Source of the DNA: Myxococcota bacterium
GTDB lineage: Bacteria; Myxococcota_A; UBA9160; UBA4427
Length of the DNA: 64,000 nt
Direction: 5' to 3'
Assembly (NCBI GenBank): GCA_965250285.1
Contig: OZ252299.1
Coordinates: forward strand, 3,296,001 to 3,360,000
Shown here in pieces: positions 51,989-61,183 of the stretch (positions are counted from its first letter, which is position 1; every line of letters starts with the position of its first letter). The notes under the pieces were generated by a model. The model had not been told where the DNA came from, did not search any database, and worked only from the letters and a program-made list of their open reading frames with translations. The translations under genes were made by a program, and so were the position numbers.

Positions 51989-52747
51989 CTAGGCGCGTTC
52001 GCCCGCGACCTTCTTCTCGCGCGGCAGCTCGGTGACGGTGGCCGCGACCGGCTCGGTGAACCACTCGGCGCGTTCGGCATTGGTTCGCTCGAGGAACCCG
52101 GCGAGGTTCGGGCCGTCGTCTTCGAACGTCGTCTCGAGCATCACGACCTCTTGCATCCGGTCGGGCCGGAAGCTGCGGTAGTCGCTTCGGGTCTCGCACC
52201 AGCTCGCGAGGGTCCACGCCTTGCCCCAGAAGTAGAGCGCGAAGGGACGCACGGTGCGCGCGCTCGTCGTGCCATCCGCCCGCGTGTAGCCGAAGCGAAG
52301 ACGTCGTCGGCCACCGATCGCCTCGCGGATGATTGGCAGCCCCGACACGAGCTCGCGCCGTCGATGAAAGTCGGGCGCGAAGAGCGGCGTCGTCGCGACG
52401 ACGCGCCGTAAGGGCTCGGGCAGCACGGCTTCGAGCCGCTGCAGCGCCGTCTCGGCGGCTGTGGCCAGCTGGTCATCGCCCCAGGCGCCGGCGATCCGCG
52501 CGCCGAGCACGAGCGCCTCGATCTCGGCCTCGTTGAACGTGAGCGGCGGGAGCTCGAAGCCGCGCTCGAGTCGGTAGCCGACCCCCGCTTCCCCCCGAAT
52601 CGGCACCCCCGAATGTTCGAGGTCGCGGATGTCGCGATACACCGTGCGCTTCGAGACCCCGAGCTCGTCGGCGAGCGCCTGCCCGGTCATGAAGCCGCGC
52701 ACGCGCAGCAGGCGCACGATCTGAAAGAGACGATCGGCTCGGCGCAT
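51989..52747 (-). CDS. YafY-family HTH-WYL transcriptional regulator
   Basis: MRRADRLFQI, LGVSKRTVYRDI, GEAGVGY, LPPLTF and WCETRSDYRSFRPDR motifs. Confidence 0.92.
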   Translation of the reverse strand: MRRADRLFQIVRLLRVRGFMTGQALADELGVSKRTVYRDIRDLEHSGVPIRGEAGVGYRLERGFELPPLTFNEAEIEALVLGARIAGAWGDDQLATAAETALQRLEAVLPEPLRRVVATTPLFAPDFHRRRELVSGLPIIREAIGGRRRLRFGYTRADGTTSARTVRPFALYFWGKAWTLASWCETRSDYRSFRPDRMQEVVMLETTFEDDGPNLAGFLERTNAERAEWFTEPVAATVTELPREKKVAGERA

Positions 52748-52796
52748 GGCGTCTCCCGTGTGCGTGCGTCGGGCCGGGCGGCCCGCAGCGGGTCGA

Positions 52797-53324
52797 TCAG
52801 CTCGCAGAGCCACCGGCCGGCTCGTCGACCGCAGGCGGCTCGGGTTCGGGATCGGATTCGAGGAACGTCTCGATCATCAGCACGATGACGCCGACCACCA
52901 CGAGACTGTCCGCGACGTTGAACGTGGGCCAGGTGTACCCCGGCAGGTGGATCTGGATGAAGTCGACGACTTCCCCGTGGCGCAACCGATCGGTCAGGTT
53001 GCCGAGCGCCCCGCCGAGCACGGCACCCAGGGCGGCGGCCGACAGCTTCATGTCGGGCTCGAGCCGCGCGTAGAAGTAGAGCAGCAGCACGATCGCGAGC
53101 GCGCCCGCGCCGACGAAGAACGGGATCCGAATGCTCGCGTCGCCGGTTGCGAGCATGCTCCACGCGCCGCCGGGGTTGCGCACGTGGGTCAGATCGAAGA
53201 AGCCGGGGATCACCGTGTGCAGCCCATACATGGGCAGACCGTCGATCACCCACTGCTTCGTGAGCTGGTCGGCCGCGTAGCCGACCACGAACGGCACGAT
53301 GAAGTAGAGCAGCTTCGGAGGCAT
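52797..53324 (-). CDS. lspA: Signal peptidase II
   Basis: DQLTK, NPGGAWS, GALGNLTDR, VVDFI and WPTFNVADS motifs. Confidence 0.95.
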   Translation of the reverse strand: MPPKLLYFIVPFVVGYAADQLTKQWVIDGLPMYGLHTVIPGFFDLTHVRNPGGAWSMLATGDASIRIPFFVGAGALAIVLLLYFYARLEPDMKLSAAALGAVLGGALGNLTDRLRHGEVVDFIQIHLPGYTWPTFNVADSLVVVGVIVLMIETFLESDPEPEPPAVDEPAGGSAS

Positions 53325-53509
53325 GGCCGCCGAATCTATCACGTCGCCCCTGGAACGCAGGCAGATGCCCTTGTCGAGCGCTGCTGACGATTCGCATCGC
53401 CGTGGGGCCAGCCAGAGCCCGCATGTGGGCGCCCGGTGACAGATCGCGGGCACCCGGTGCCCCGAGGTGCGATTCCCCAAGGGAAAATCGGTCGCGCGGC
53501 GTGCAATTC

Positions 53510-53548
53510 ATTACGTTCTCTTGCATTCCATGTGATCGAGCGTAATAT
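53510..53548 (+). promoter_or_regulatory. Sigma70-type promoter with overlapping spaced inverted repeat upstream of the paaX-like gene
   Basis: TTGCAT(53521)-N16-TAATAT(53543); ATTACG-N25-CGTAAT inverted repeat (53510-53546). Confidence 0.6.
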
Positions 53549-53555
53549 CCTGCCG

Positions 53556-54488
53556 ATGCAGCCCTCAGCCCGCAGTCTGATCCTCGACCTCCTCTCGACG
53601 CTTCGGCGCGGCTCGATGCCCGTGCGCGCGCTCGTCGCGGCCGCCGAGCTGTTCGGGATCGAGGAGAACAGCCTGCGCGTCAGCCTCGCGCGGCTCTTCG
53701 CCGCCGGCTCGGTCGAGCGGGATGAACGAGGCCGCTACCGGCTGGCCCGCACCGAGACGCCGCTCAAGCAGCAGGTGCTCGGCTGGCGCGAGCTCGAGTC
53801 TCGACGGGTCGATCACTGGAATGGCGACTGGGCGGCGGTGATCGGCGCGCCCCGCGGCCGCCGCGGGGCTGGGCGCCGGGCGAGTCGCGCCCTCGAGCTG
53901 CTCGGTTTCCGCGACCTGCGACCCGGGCTTTCGGTGCGCCCCGACAACCTGCAGGGCGGCATCGAAGCCGTGCGCGAGCGCTACCAGGGCCTCGCCGCGC
54001 CGACCCGAAGCGAGGCGAAGTCGGGCGCTGCCGATCCCGAGCCGGTCATCGCGCGCCTCTCCGAGCTCGAGGAGCTCGATGTCGACCGAGCTCGCGCGCT
54101 CTGGCAGGTCGATGCCCTCGAAGACGACTACACGCACCTGCTCGCAAAGCTGCGCGAGAGCGAGTCGCGCATCGACTCACTGCCCCCCTCCGAGGCGATG
54201 GTCGAGAGCTTCCTCGTCGGCGGCGGCGTGCTGCGCGTGCTCAACGTCGACCCGCTGCTCCCCGAACCGATCGTCGACGTCGCGGCCCGCCGCGATCTCG
54301 TCGAAGCCATGCTGCGCTACGACCGCGTCGGCCGAGCGAAGTGGTCGCTCTTTCTCGCCGGCTTCGACGCCCCCCACATGAAACGCGATCCCCACGCCGA
54401 GGCGAGCTCGACCGACGAAGCGCACGCCGGCGTCCGAATCGAGACAGACCCCACCCACGGCCCTGCGCCGGGAGAGAGGATCCACTGA
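53556..54488 (+). CDS. PaaX-family transcriptional regulator
   Basis: ARSLILDLL, FGIEENSLRVSLARL, WNGDW, LGF..L.PG...RPDNL and DPLLPE motifs. Confidence 0.85.
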   Translation: MQPSARSLILDLLSTLRRGSMPVRALVAAAELFGIEENSLRVSLARLFAAGSVERDERGRYRLARTETPLKQQVLGWRELESRRVDHWNGDWAAVIGAPRGRRGAGRRASRALELLGFRDLRPGLSVRPDNLQGGIEAVRERYQGLAAPTRSEAKSGAADPEPVIARLSELEELDVDRARALWQVDALEDDYTHLLAKLRESESRIDSLPPSEAMVESFLVGGGVLRVLNVDPLLPEPIVDVAARRDLVEAMLRYDRVGRAKWSLFLAGFDAPHMKRDPHAEASSTDEAHAGVRIETDPTHGPAPGERIH

Positions 54489-55480
54489 TGGCCGCCGCCA
54501 CCCCCGCACCCGAATCGCCGACGGAGAAGCCCTTCGACTGGCGCGACGTGATCACGCGAGAAGAGTTCGAAGAGCTCACGCGCATCCAAGACTCGAAGGC
54601 CTACCGCATGCTCGCCTTCAACTGGGCGGTCGTGTTCGCGAGCTTCTGGATGGTCGCGGTTTGGCCCAATCCGCTGACGATCATCCTCGCCCTCTTCCTC
54701 ATTGGCGCGCGCCAGCTGGGCTTCGCCGTCGTCATGCACGAAGCGGCCCACCGCTCGCTGCTGTCGAATCGCAAGATGAACGACTGGGTCGGCAACTGGC
54801 TCGGCGCGTATCCCGTGTGGTCGGATCACGAGCCCTACCGCCCGTACCACCTCGCCCACCACGCCCACACCGGTTCGAAGAAAGATCCCGACATCGGGCT
54901 CGTGCTGCCCTGGCCGTCGACGCGCCAGAGCCTGATGCGAAAGTTCGTGCGCGACCTGACCGGCCAGACGGGCTGGAAGCAGGCCAAGGCCGTGTTCAAG
55001 CGCGACCTCGGCCTCGGCAAGAAGGCCACCCAGCGCACGCGCGCAGCGCGCGCCGGCGAGAAGCCCGATGTCGGCCTGCACAAGCTGATGCCGACGATCG
55101 TCACGAACCTGATCCTGCTGGCCATTCTCGCGGCCTTCGGGCACCCCGAGCTGTACCTGCTGTGGGTCGTCGCATGGTTCACGACGTATCGGCTCGTCAT
55201 GCGCATTCGCGCCATCGCCGAGCACGCGATGTCGACCGACCTGAATCACCCGCTCAAGAACTCGCGCACCACGATCCTGCCGTGGTGGCAGAAGCTCTTC
55301 ATCGGGCCCAACAACGTCGGCTACCACCTCGAGCACCATCTGATCATGAAGGTGCCGTTCTACAACCTGCCGAAGCTGCACGAGATGCTGAAGAGCCGTG
55401 GCGCGCTCGATGATGCGCTCGTCGCCTACGGCTACGGGCAGGTGCTGCGGGAGGCGAGCTCGAAGCCCGCGACGGCCTGA
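54488..55480 (+). CDS. Membrane fatty-acid desaturase family protein
   Basis: His boxes HEAAH, HLAHH and HLEHH; start overlaps the paaX stop (TGATG). Confidence 0.9.
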   Translation: MAAATPAPESPTEKPFDWRDVITREEFEELTRIQDSKAYRMLAFNWAVVFASFWMVAVWPNPLTIILALFLIGARQLGFAVVMHEAAHRSLLSNRKMNDWVGNWLGAYPVWSDHEPYRPYHLAHHAHTGSKKDPDIGLVLPWPSTRQSLMRKFVRDLTGQTGWKQAKAVFKRDLGLGKKATQRTRAARAGEKPDVGLHKLMPTIVTNLILLAILAAFGHPELYLLWVVAWFTTYRLVMRIRAIAEHAMSTDLNHPLKNSRTTILPWWQKLFIGPNNVGYHLEHHLIMKVPFYNLPKLHEMLKSRGALDDALVAYGYGQVLREASSKPATA

Positions 55481-55520
55481 TCGCGCGCACCGAGGCGCAG
55501 TGAACCTTCGAAGCGGGCGC

Positions 55521-55814
55521 TCAGGCGCCCGCTTCGTCGTTTCTGCGCTCCGCGTTGCGAACCAGCACCAGGTTGCGCCCGTAGATGAACGCATTGGGCA
55601 GGTAGGCGAGCACGAAGACCGGGTTGCCGATGTGGAACGCGTAGACCAAGAGCACGAGCGAGCCCGCGATCGACAGCCACCAGAACGCGACGGGCACGAT
55701 GCTCTCGCCCGCCCGCTCCGACACGATCCACTGCACGAAGAATCGCGAGAAAAAGAGCGCGTTGCCGAGCAGGCCGAAGGCCAGCCAGCCGGTGTCGTCG
55801 TGCCATTCGAGCAT
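55521..55814 (-). CDS. Stand-alone lipid A biosynthesis N-terminal (LAB_N) domain protein
   Basis: GNALFFSRFFVQWIVSERAGESIVPVAFWWLS...IYGRNL. Confidence 0.88.
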   Translation of the reverse strand: MLEWHDDTGWLAFGLLGNALFFSRFFVQWIVSERAGESIVPVAFWWLSIAGSLVLLVYAFHIGNPVFVLAYLPNAFIYGRNLVLVRNAERRNDEAGA

Positions 55815-55871
55815 GTCGCCCCTCCCCGTGACCGGGCGCCGCGCCGATCGCCTCGGCCGGCGGGTCGGCTC

Positions 55872-56936
55872 TCATCCCCCGCGGCCGCCGTGCGCCGCCT
55901 CGAAGCGCAGGGCCGCGTCGGCCGCGGCTCGCAGCAGTACGTCGCGCGGCGCACGTCGGTGCGCCCGCAGGTAGGCGTCGGCGATCGTGATCGAGTCGGC
56001 CTGCCCCGAGCACGCAGCCCGGTAGCGAATCTCGTCGACGCTCTGAGCCAGCGCATCGCGCTCGGCGTCATCCGCCGCGTCGCCGCGCACCCGTTCGGCG
56101 CCGGTGCCATAGACGCCGTGCACGGCGAGCGCGATCTGCGCCGCCGTGCCGACGACGTCGGGCTCGCCAGCGCGTGACGCGAGGTCGAGCAGGGCCATCG
56201 CGATGCACGCCACGTGACCGTAGGCGCTCCTGGCCTCGGGGTGCCGCAGCTGCAACGCCGCGACGCCGCAGACCAGCTCGATGATCGCTTCGGTGGCCGG
56301 CTGCGCGTCGAGGTCGATCGACGCGAGCGTCGAGGCAAAGCCCGCGTCGCCCTCGAGCACCAGCACGGCGTCGTTCATCGAGCCGACGTTGCGGCGATCC
56401 GATGCGACGTCGGGGAGCCCGGCGAGCGCCGCCGCGATCGTCATTCCCTGCTCGGGCCGACGGCCCGGCGCGCCCGGCAGTCGTTGATGCCGGCTCGCCC
56501 AGTGGGCGAGCCCGAAGGCGAGTTCGCGGCGACGGACGGCATCCTCGCCCGATTCGAGCGCGACGAGCGCGGCGTGCGTACGCAGCAGTCCCGATCCCGA
56601 CGCGCCGCACGTGCCGGGCAGCAGCAGCGGGAGCCACACGTCGAGCACCTTCGGCCGGTCGACCTCGGCCAGGAGCCCCTCGAACGTGGCGAGCCAGTCG
56701 GCCCGGCGGGCCCGGTCGCCGAGCGCCCGCGCCCGCGCGTCGTCGGGGATCGGCGTGCCCTTGGCGACCGGGCGGAGTCGCGGCAGATACACGTCGGTGA
56801 AGAACGGGATGAGCGACGGGTGGCCCAGCGCCTCGAGGGCGACGACCGCCATCGGCCCCTGATTGACCGAGCCGTCCCCGCACTCGAAGTCGCTCTGCTG
56901 CAGGCGCTCGAGCGCTTCGTCGAGATCGGTGAGCAT
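55872..56936 (-). CDS. Questin oxidase/DUF4243-like protein (degenerate)
   Basis: LDEALERL, NQGPMA..AL.ALG, RALGD, LLPG...GLLRT and ELAFGLAHWA..HQ.LPG patterns. Confidence 0.6.
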   Translation of the reverse strand: MLTDLDEALERLQQSDFECGDGSVNQGPMAVVALEALGHPSLIPFFTDVYLPRLRPVAKGTPIPDDARARALGDRARRADWLATFEGLLAEVDRPKVLDVWLPLLLPGTCGASGSGLLRTHAALVALESGEDAVRRRELAFGLAHWASRHQRLPGAPGRRPEQGMTIAAALAGLPDVASDRRNVGSMNDAVLVLEGDAGFASTLASIDLDAQPATEAIIELVCGVAALQLRHPEARSAYGHVACIAMALLDLASRAGEPDVVGTAAQIALAVHGVYGTGAERVRGDAADDAERDALAQSVDEIRYRAACSGQADSITIADAYLRAHRRAPRDVLLRAAADAALRFEAAHGGRGG

Positions 56937-57108
56937 GGCGTGACGTGCCCCTGTTCCGTGGCATCCAGAGAGCGGTTTCTAGGGCAGGCGCGGGGCCTGC
57001 GCTACAGTCTGCCGACGCCGGATCGGCCGATCCGCGCCTCCCCGTCAGTCCGGCTCAGCACCACCCCGAAGGCCCGGGCCCCGCGCCCGCCAGGAGTCCT
57101 GCCCACCC

Positions 57109-58212
57109 ATGTCTGCCCCCGTCACCGAAACGGCCGTGCTCGACGCCCTGCGGCCGATCGTCGATCCCGACTTCAAGAAGAGCATCGTCGATCTCGGCTT
57201 CATCAAGAACCTCGCCATCGACGGCAGCCGCGTGAAGTTCGATATCGAGCTGACGACGCCGGCCTGCCCAGTGAAGTCGGAATTCGAGCGGATGGCGCAC
57301 GAGAACGTGAGCCGACTCGACGGCGTCGAGGACGTGCGCGTCAACATGACGGCGAATACCCGCAAGGCGGCCGCGGGCACCGGCGAGAAGGTGTCGCTGC
57401 CGGGCGTGCGCAACATCATCGCCGTCGCGTCGGGCAAGGGCGGCGTCGGCAAGAGCACCACGGCGCTCAACCTCGCGCTCTCGCTCAAGCAGAGCGGCGC
57501 TCGGGTGGGCGTGCTCGACGCCGACGTCTACGGTCCGTCGATCCCGCTCCTGACGGGCGTCCACGGCCAGCCGGCGACGACGCCGAACAAGAAGATCCTG
57601 CCGCTCGATGGCTTCGGCCTGAAGCTCATGAGCATGGGCTTCTTCCTGGGCGACGACTCGCCGGTGATCTGGCGTGGCCCGATGGTGCATGGCCTCGTCA
57701 AGCAGTTCCTGACCGACGTCGAGTGGGGAGAGCTCGACTACCTCGTGATCGACATGCCGCCCGGCACGGGTGACGCCGCGCTGACCCTGACTCAGCTCGC
57801 GCCGCTCTCGGGCGCGGTGATCGTGACGACCGCGAACGACCTCTCATTGATCGACGCCCGCAAGGGCCTGCAGATGTTCAACAAGGTGAACGTCCCGATC
57901 CTCGGCATCGTCGAGAACATGGCGTACTTCACGCCCCCCGATCTGCCGAACAAGCGCTACTGGATCTTCGGTCAGGGCGGCGGGCAGCGCGTGGCCGACG
58001 AGCTGGGCGTCGACTTCCTCGGCGAGGTGCCGATCGATCCGCGGATGGCCGAGTACGGCGACACGGGCCAGCCCATCGTGCTCGCGGCACCGAAGAGTGA
58101 CAGCGCCCAGGCGTTCCAGGAGATCACCGGTGAGATCGCACGCAAGCTGGTCGTGCTCACGACCCAGCAGCCGGCGGTCGCCGACGCGAACATCACCTGG
58201 GTCACCAGCTGA
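57109..58212 (+). CDS. apbC: Mrp/ApbC (NBP35-family) Fe-S carrier ATPase
   Basis: TTPACP, SGKGGVGKST, DADVYGPS, WRGPM, DMPPGTGD and ENM motifs. Confidence 0.93.
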   Translation: MSAPVTETAVLDALRPIVDPDFKKSIVDLGFIKNLAIDGSRVKFDIELTTPACPVKSEFERMAHENVSRLDGVEDVRVNMTANTRKAAAGTGEKVSLPGVRNIIAVASGKGGVGKSTTALNLALSLKQSGARVGVLDADVYGPSIPLLTGVHGQPATTPNKKILPLDGFGLKLMSMGFFLGDDSPVIWRGPMVHGLVKQFLTDVEWGELDYLVIDMPPGTGDAALTLTQLAPLSGAVIVTTANDLSLIDARKGLQMFNKVNVPILGIVENMAYFTPPDLPNKRYWIFGQGGGQRVADELGVDFLGEVPIDPRMAEYGDTGQPIVLAAPKSDSAQAFQEITGEIARKLVVLTTQQPAVADANITWVTS

Positions 58213-58233
58213 GCGCCGAGCCGGCTGCTCGCG

Positions 58234-58995
58234 TCAGGGCCGGCCGTGCAGCAAGAGCGGGAAGAAGATCGGCGCCTGCTTGAACGCCTCGGTGACCGGC
58301 GCCTTCAGCCAGTCATCGTACGTCGGCACCTGGTCGATCACCCAGCCCTCGCTCGGCACCTCGAAGAACGCTTCGCTCAGGGGGACGGGCGCCCAGCCCC
58401 GGTACTCGACGCTCGCTTCGTTCCCCGTGCGGCGGTCGAAGGTCTGAAATCGGATCGGCAGCTGGTATTGGTCGGCGGTCACCCAGACGGTGCGACGTCC
58501 ACTGTCGTCCGTGAGGCGATAGACCTCGAGCGGCCCCATCGGCGACTCCTCGGTGCGAATCCGCTCGGCGCCCTGGTCGCGCATCGACTCGAACTCGTTG
58601 CCGAAGAGGCGCCTTCGGCCGGCATCCTGCTCGGTCGCGCGCGGACCGCGCGGGATCGATACCCCGCGCCGCGAGATCGGGTCGAGCAAGGTGTATCGGC
58701 TTGCCGAGACCAGCGTGATGAAGGGTCGGCCGGCGATCGTCGTGTGGGCGCGCAACGTGGTGCCCTTCGACCAGTACTCGACGATGTGCAGCCCCGACTC
58801 GCCGCGGGTCGTCGTCATCGCGTAGATCCCGTCTTCGTCGATGCGCGGGGCCGCGGCGGGCGGGTCACCCGGCGTCGCTGCAAGCGCACGACCCGAGCCG
58901 AGACCGATCGCCACGACCAAGAGCGCCAGCGCGAGTCGTCGCAGCGCCAGGCGACGCGCGCGGTGCGGGGCGGGCGGGCTCGTCAGGCGGATCAC
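58234..58995 (-). CDS. Hypothetical secreted protein (DUF4412/LolA-fold-like)
   Basis: Signal peptide; beta-rich; TVWV...LPIR and FFEVP pattern; 4-nt overlap with the upstream gene. Confidence 0.55.
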   Translation of the reverse strand: MIRLTSPPAPHRARRLALRRLALALLVVAIGLGSGRALAATPGDPPAAAPRIDEDGIYAMTTTRGESGLHIVEYWSKGTTLRAHTTIAGRPFITLVSASRYTLLDPISRRGVSIPRGPRATEQDAGRRRLFGNEFESMRDQGAERIRTEESPMGPLEVYRLTDDSGRRTVWVTADQYQLPIRFQTFDRRTGNEASVEYRGWAPVPLSEAFFEVPSEGWVIDQVPTYDDWLKAPVTEAFKQAPIFFPLLLHGRP

Positions 58996-60380
58996 GGCGC
59001 ATCTCCTCGGTCGGGCTCGGCGGGACGCCCGAGTCTGGCAGACTCGCCGGCGGCCGGCACGTCGGCCACGCGCAGCGCCTCGATCACCTCGCCCTCCATC
59101 CTCTCGGGCGCCTCGAAGCCGAGCAGCTGAAGCACCGTGGGCGCGACGTCGACGGCGCGCACGTCACCCAGATCGGTGCCCGGCTCGGCGCCTCGTCCCC
59201 GGGCGAAGAACACGGCCCGCATCGAAGCCTCTTCGGGCGCGTAGCCGTGAAAGCCCTCGATCGACAGACCGGGGTAGGTGATCGCCGTGCCGATCGGAGC
59301 GCGCACGACGACATCGCCGAAGCGGGCGTGATCGACTCGCCAGTCGGCCGGCGCCGAGACGCGCGGGTGCGCATCGAGGCCCTGGGCTCGGGCGACCTCG
59401 ACCGCAAGCGCGACCTGGTCGGCGTCGCCCGGGTCGTCGAGATAGACGCTCGCGAAGCCGCCGATCCCGCGCACGCGCGCCCGAACCCCCTGATCGCGCA
59501 GCACCGTCCCCAGCTCGACCGCGCGTTCGGTGCCGACCATGCCGTGATCGGAGACGAAGATCAGCGTGGTGTGCTCGAAGGCGTCGCGCGCTTCGAGCCC
59601 CGCGATCAGCGCGGCAATCGCTGCGTTCTGCTCGCGGAGACTCTCGCGGACCGACTCGGCGCCGGGACCGTCCTGGTGGCCTGCGTGATCGGCGCCGTGA
59701 AACCAGCTGGTGATGAGACGCGGGCGTCGGGCTTCGTCCTCGAGGTCGAGCCAGGCGAGGATCTGATCGACCTTCGCCTGCTCACCCGTGCGGCTCGAGA
59801 ACGGCTTCCAGTGCGTAGGGCCCCGACCGCTGGGTGGCCACGCGCCCTCACTCCCCACCCAGTAGTACGAGGCCGTCACGACGCCTCGCCCCTCGAGCCA
59901 CGACCACAGCGGCTCGACCTCGATGAAGCGAGGGATGTCGGAGCGGACGAACTCGCCGAGCTCGGGGTCGAAGAATCGGTTGTTCACGAGCCCGTGCCGC
60001 TCGGGCGCCACACCGGTCACGAGCGATACGTGGCTGGGGAACGTGTTGCTCGGCGAGACGCCGATCATCGATCGCGCCGCCGCCCCTTGCGTGCGCAGCG
60101 CGGCGACGGCCCCGAGATCGGCCTCGGTCACGTCGGCAGGTCGCGTGCCGTCGAGCGACACGAGAATCACGACGGGCGCCTTCGCGGCCCCCGCTGCAGG
60201 CTCGATCGAGCATGCGACCACGAGGAGGATCAGCGGTGCGACGAGGAGCGAGCCGAGTCGACCGATCGACGTGCGCCCGGCGAACGGTGCCCCTCGAACG
60301 CGATCCCGACCCTGGCCCACCGGCTCAGCTCCTTTTGGCCGCGACGTACGCGTGCGCGCGAGGCGGCCGGATCTTACCAT
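58992..60380 (-). CDS. Nucleotide pyrophosphatase/phosphodiesterase (alkaline phosphatase superfamily)
   Basis: VSLDG, SNTFPSH, DHAGH, SDHGM and GFHGY motifs; lipoprotein-like LLVVAC; true start probably downstream of 60380. Confidence 0.88.
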   Translation of the reverse strand: MVRSGRLARTRTSRPKGAEPVGQGRDRVRGAPFAGRTSIGRLGSLLVAPLILLVVACSIEPAAGAAKAPVVILVSLDGTRPADVTEADLGAVAALRTQGAAARSMIGVSPSNTFPSHVSLVTGVAPERHGLVNNRFFDPELGEFVRSDIPRFIEVEPLWSWLEGRGVVTASYYWVGSEGAWPPSGRGPTHWKPFSSRTGEQAKVDQILAWLDLEDEARRPRLITSWFHGADHAGHQDGPGAESVRESLREQNAAIAALIAGLEARDAFEHTTLIFVSDHGMVGTERAVELGTVLRDQGVRARVRGIGGFASVYLDDPGDADQVALAVEVARAQGLDAHPRVSAPADWRVDHARFGDVVVRAPIGTAITYPGLSIEGFHGYAPEEASMRAVFFARGRGAEPGTDLGDVRAVDVAPTVLQLLGFEAPERMEGEVIEALRVADVPAAGESARLGRPAEPDRGDAP

Positions 60381-60388
60381 CGGTCGCC

Positions 60389-61183
60389 ATGCGAACGGCC
60401 CTGGCCATCTCTGGCTCCGATCCGACGGGGGGTGCGGGCCTGCAGCTCGACGTGCAGGTCTTCGCGCACTTCGGGCTGCACGGCGCAGCCATCCCGACGG
60501 CGCTCACCGTGCAGGACACCGAGAAGGTCCATCAGGTGCTGCCGGTCTTTCCGACGCTCGTGCTCGATCAGCTGCGTGCGCTCCTCCACGATTTCGAGCC
60601 AGCCGCGGTGAAGATCGGCATGCTCGCGAGCGACGACGTGTTGCGCAATGTCGAGCACGGGCTGCGCGCCCTGCCCGATCACGTCCCGGTCGTGATCGAC
60701 CCCGTTCTGATGTCCTCGAGTGGCGTCCCCCTGCTCGAACGGCGCGCCTGGCGCGGACTCGAGGGGCTCTTCGCCCGTGCCGCGTTGGTCACGCCGAACC
60801 TGCACGAGCTCGAGACGCTCACCGAACGCGACGTATCCCGAAAGAGGGACATCGAGGCGGCGGCGGTGCAGCTCATCGAGAAGACCGGGGCTCGGGCCGT
60901 GCTCGCAAAGGGCGGGCACCGGGCCAGCGATGCCGACGATCTGCTCGCGATCGCGGGCGACACGGTCGAGATCCACTGGCTCGAAGGCGAACGCATCGAC
61001 GGTGCGCCCGTTCACGGCACGGGCTGCGCCCTCGCTTCGGCCGTCGCCGCCGGGCTCGCGCTCGGCCGACCGCTTCGCGAGGCGGTCGACGAGGCTCGGT
61101 CGTTCGTGCGCAGCGCGATCGCCGGTGCGCACGAGATCGGCCGCGGCGCCCGGCTGCTCGACCTCGGCAGGGCCGGCGCGTGA
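60389..61183 (+). CDS. thiD: Hydroxymethylpyrimidine/phosphomethylpyrimidine kinase
   Basis: GSDPTGGAG, VKIGML, DPVL.SSSG, TPNL.E, KGGH and HGTGC motifs. Confidence 0.92.
   Translation: MRTALAISGSDPTGGAGLQLDVQVFAHFGLHGAAIPTALTVQDTEKVHQVLPVFPTLVLDQLRALLHDFEPAAVKIGMLASDDVLRNVEHGLRALPDHVPVVIDPVLMSSSGVPLLERRAWRGLEGLFARAALVTPNLHELETLTERDVSRKRDIEAAAVQLIEKTGARAVLAKGGHRASDADDLLAIAGDTVEIHWLEGERIDGAPVHGTGCALASAVAAGLALGRPLREAVDEARSFVRSAIAGAHEIGRGARLLDLGRAGA

Noticed and set aside
51989..52747. WYL, NYN and MoxR/VWA genes read together as an anti-phage defence island
   Set aside because: They are tens of kb apart among housekeeping genes, each belongs to a common non-defence subfamily, and there are no mobility genes or compositional shift.
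59923..61179. N-terminal extension making a 1019-aa MutS fusion
   Set aside because: The extension overlaps thiD and the phosphodiesterase gene in other frames; the real start is most likely GTG 61180. The same reasoning trimmed the DUF58, Bat, cyoE and frdD ORFs.
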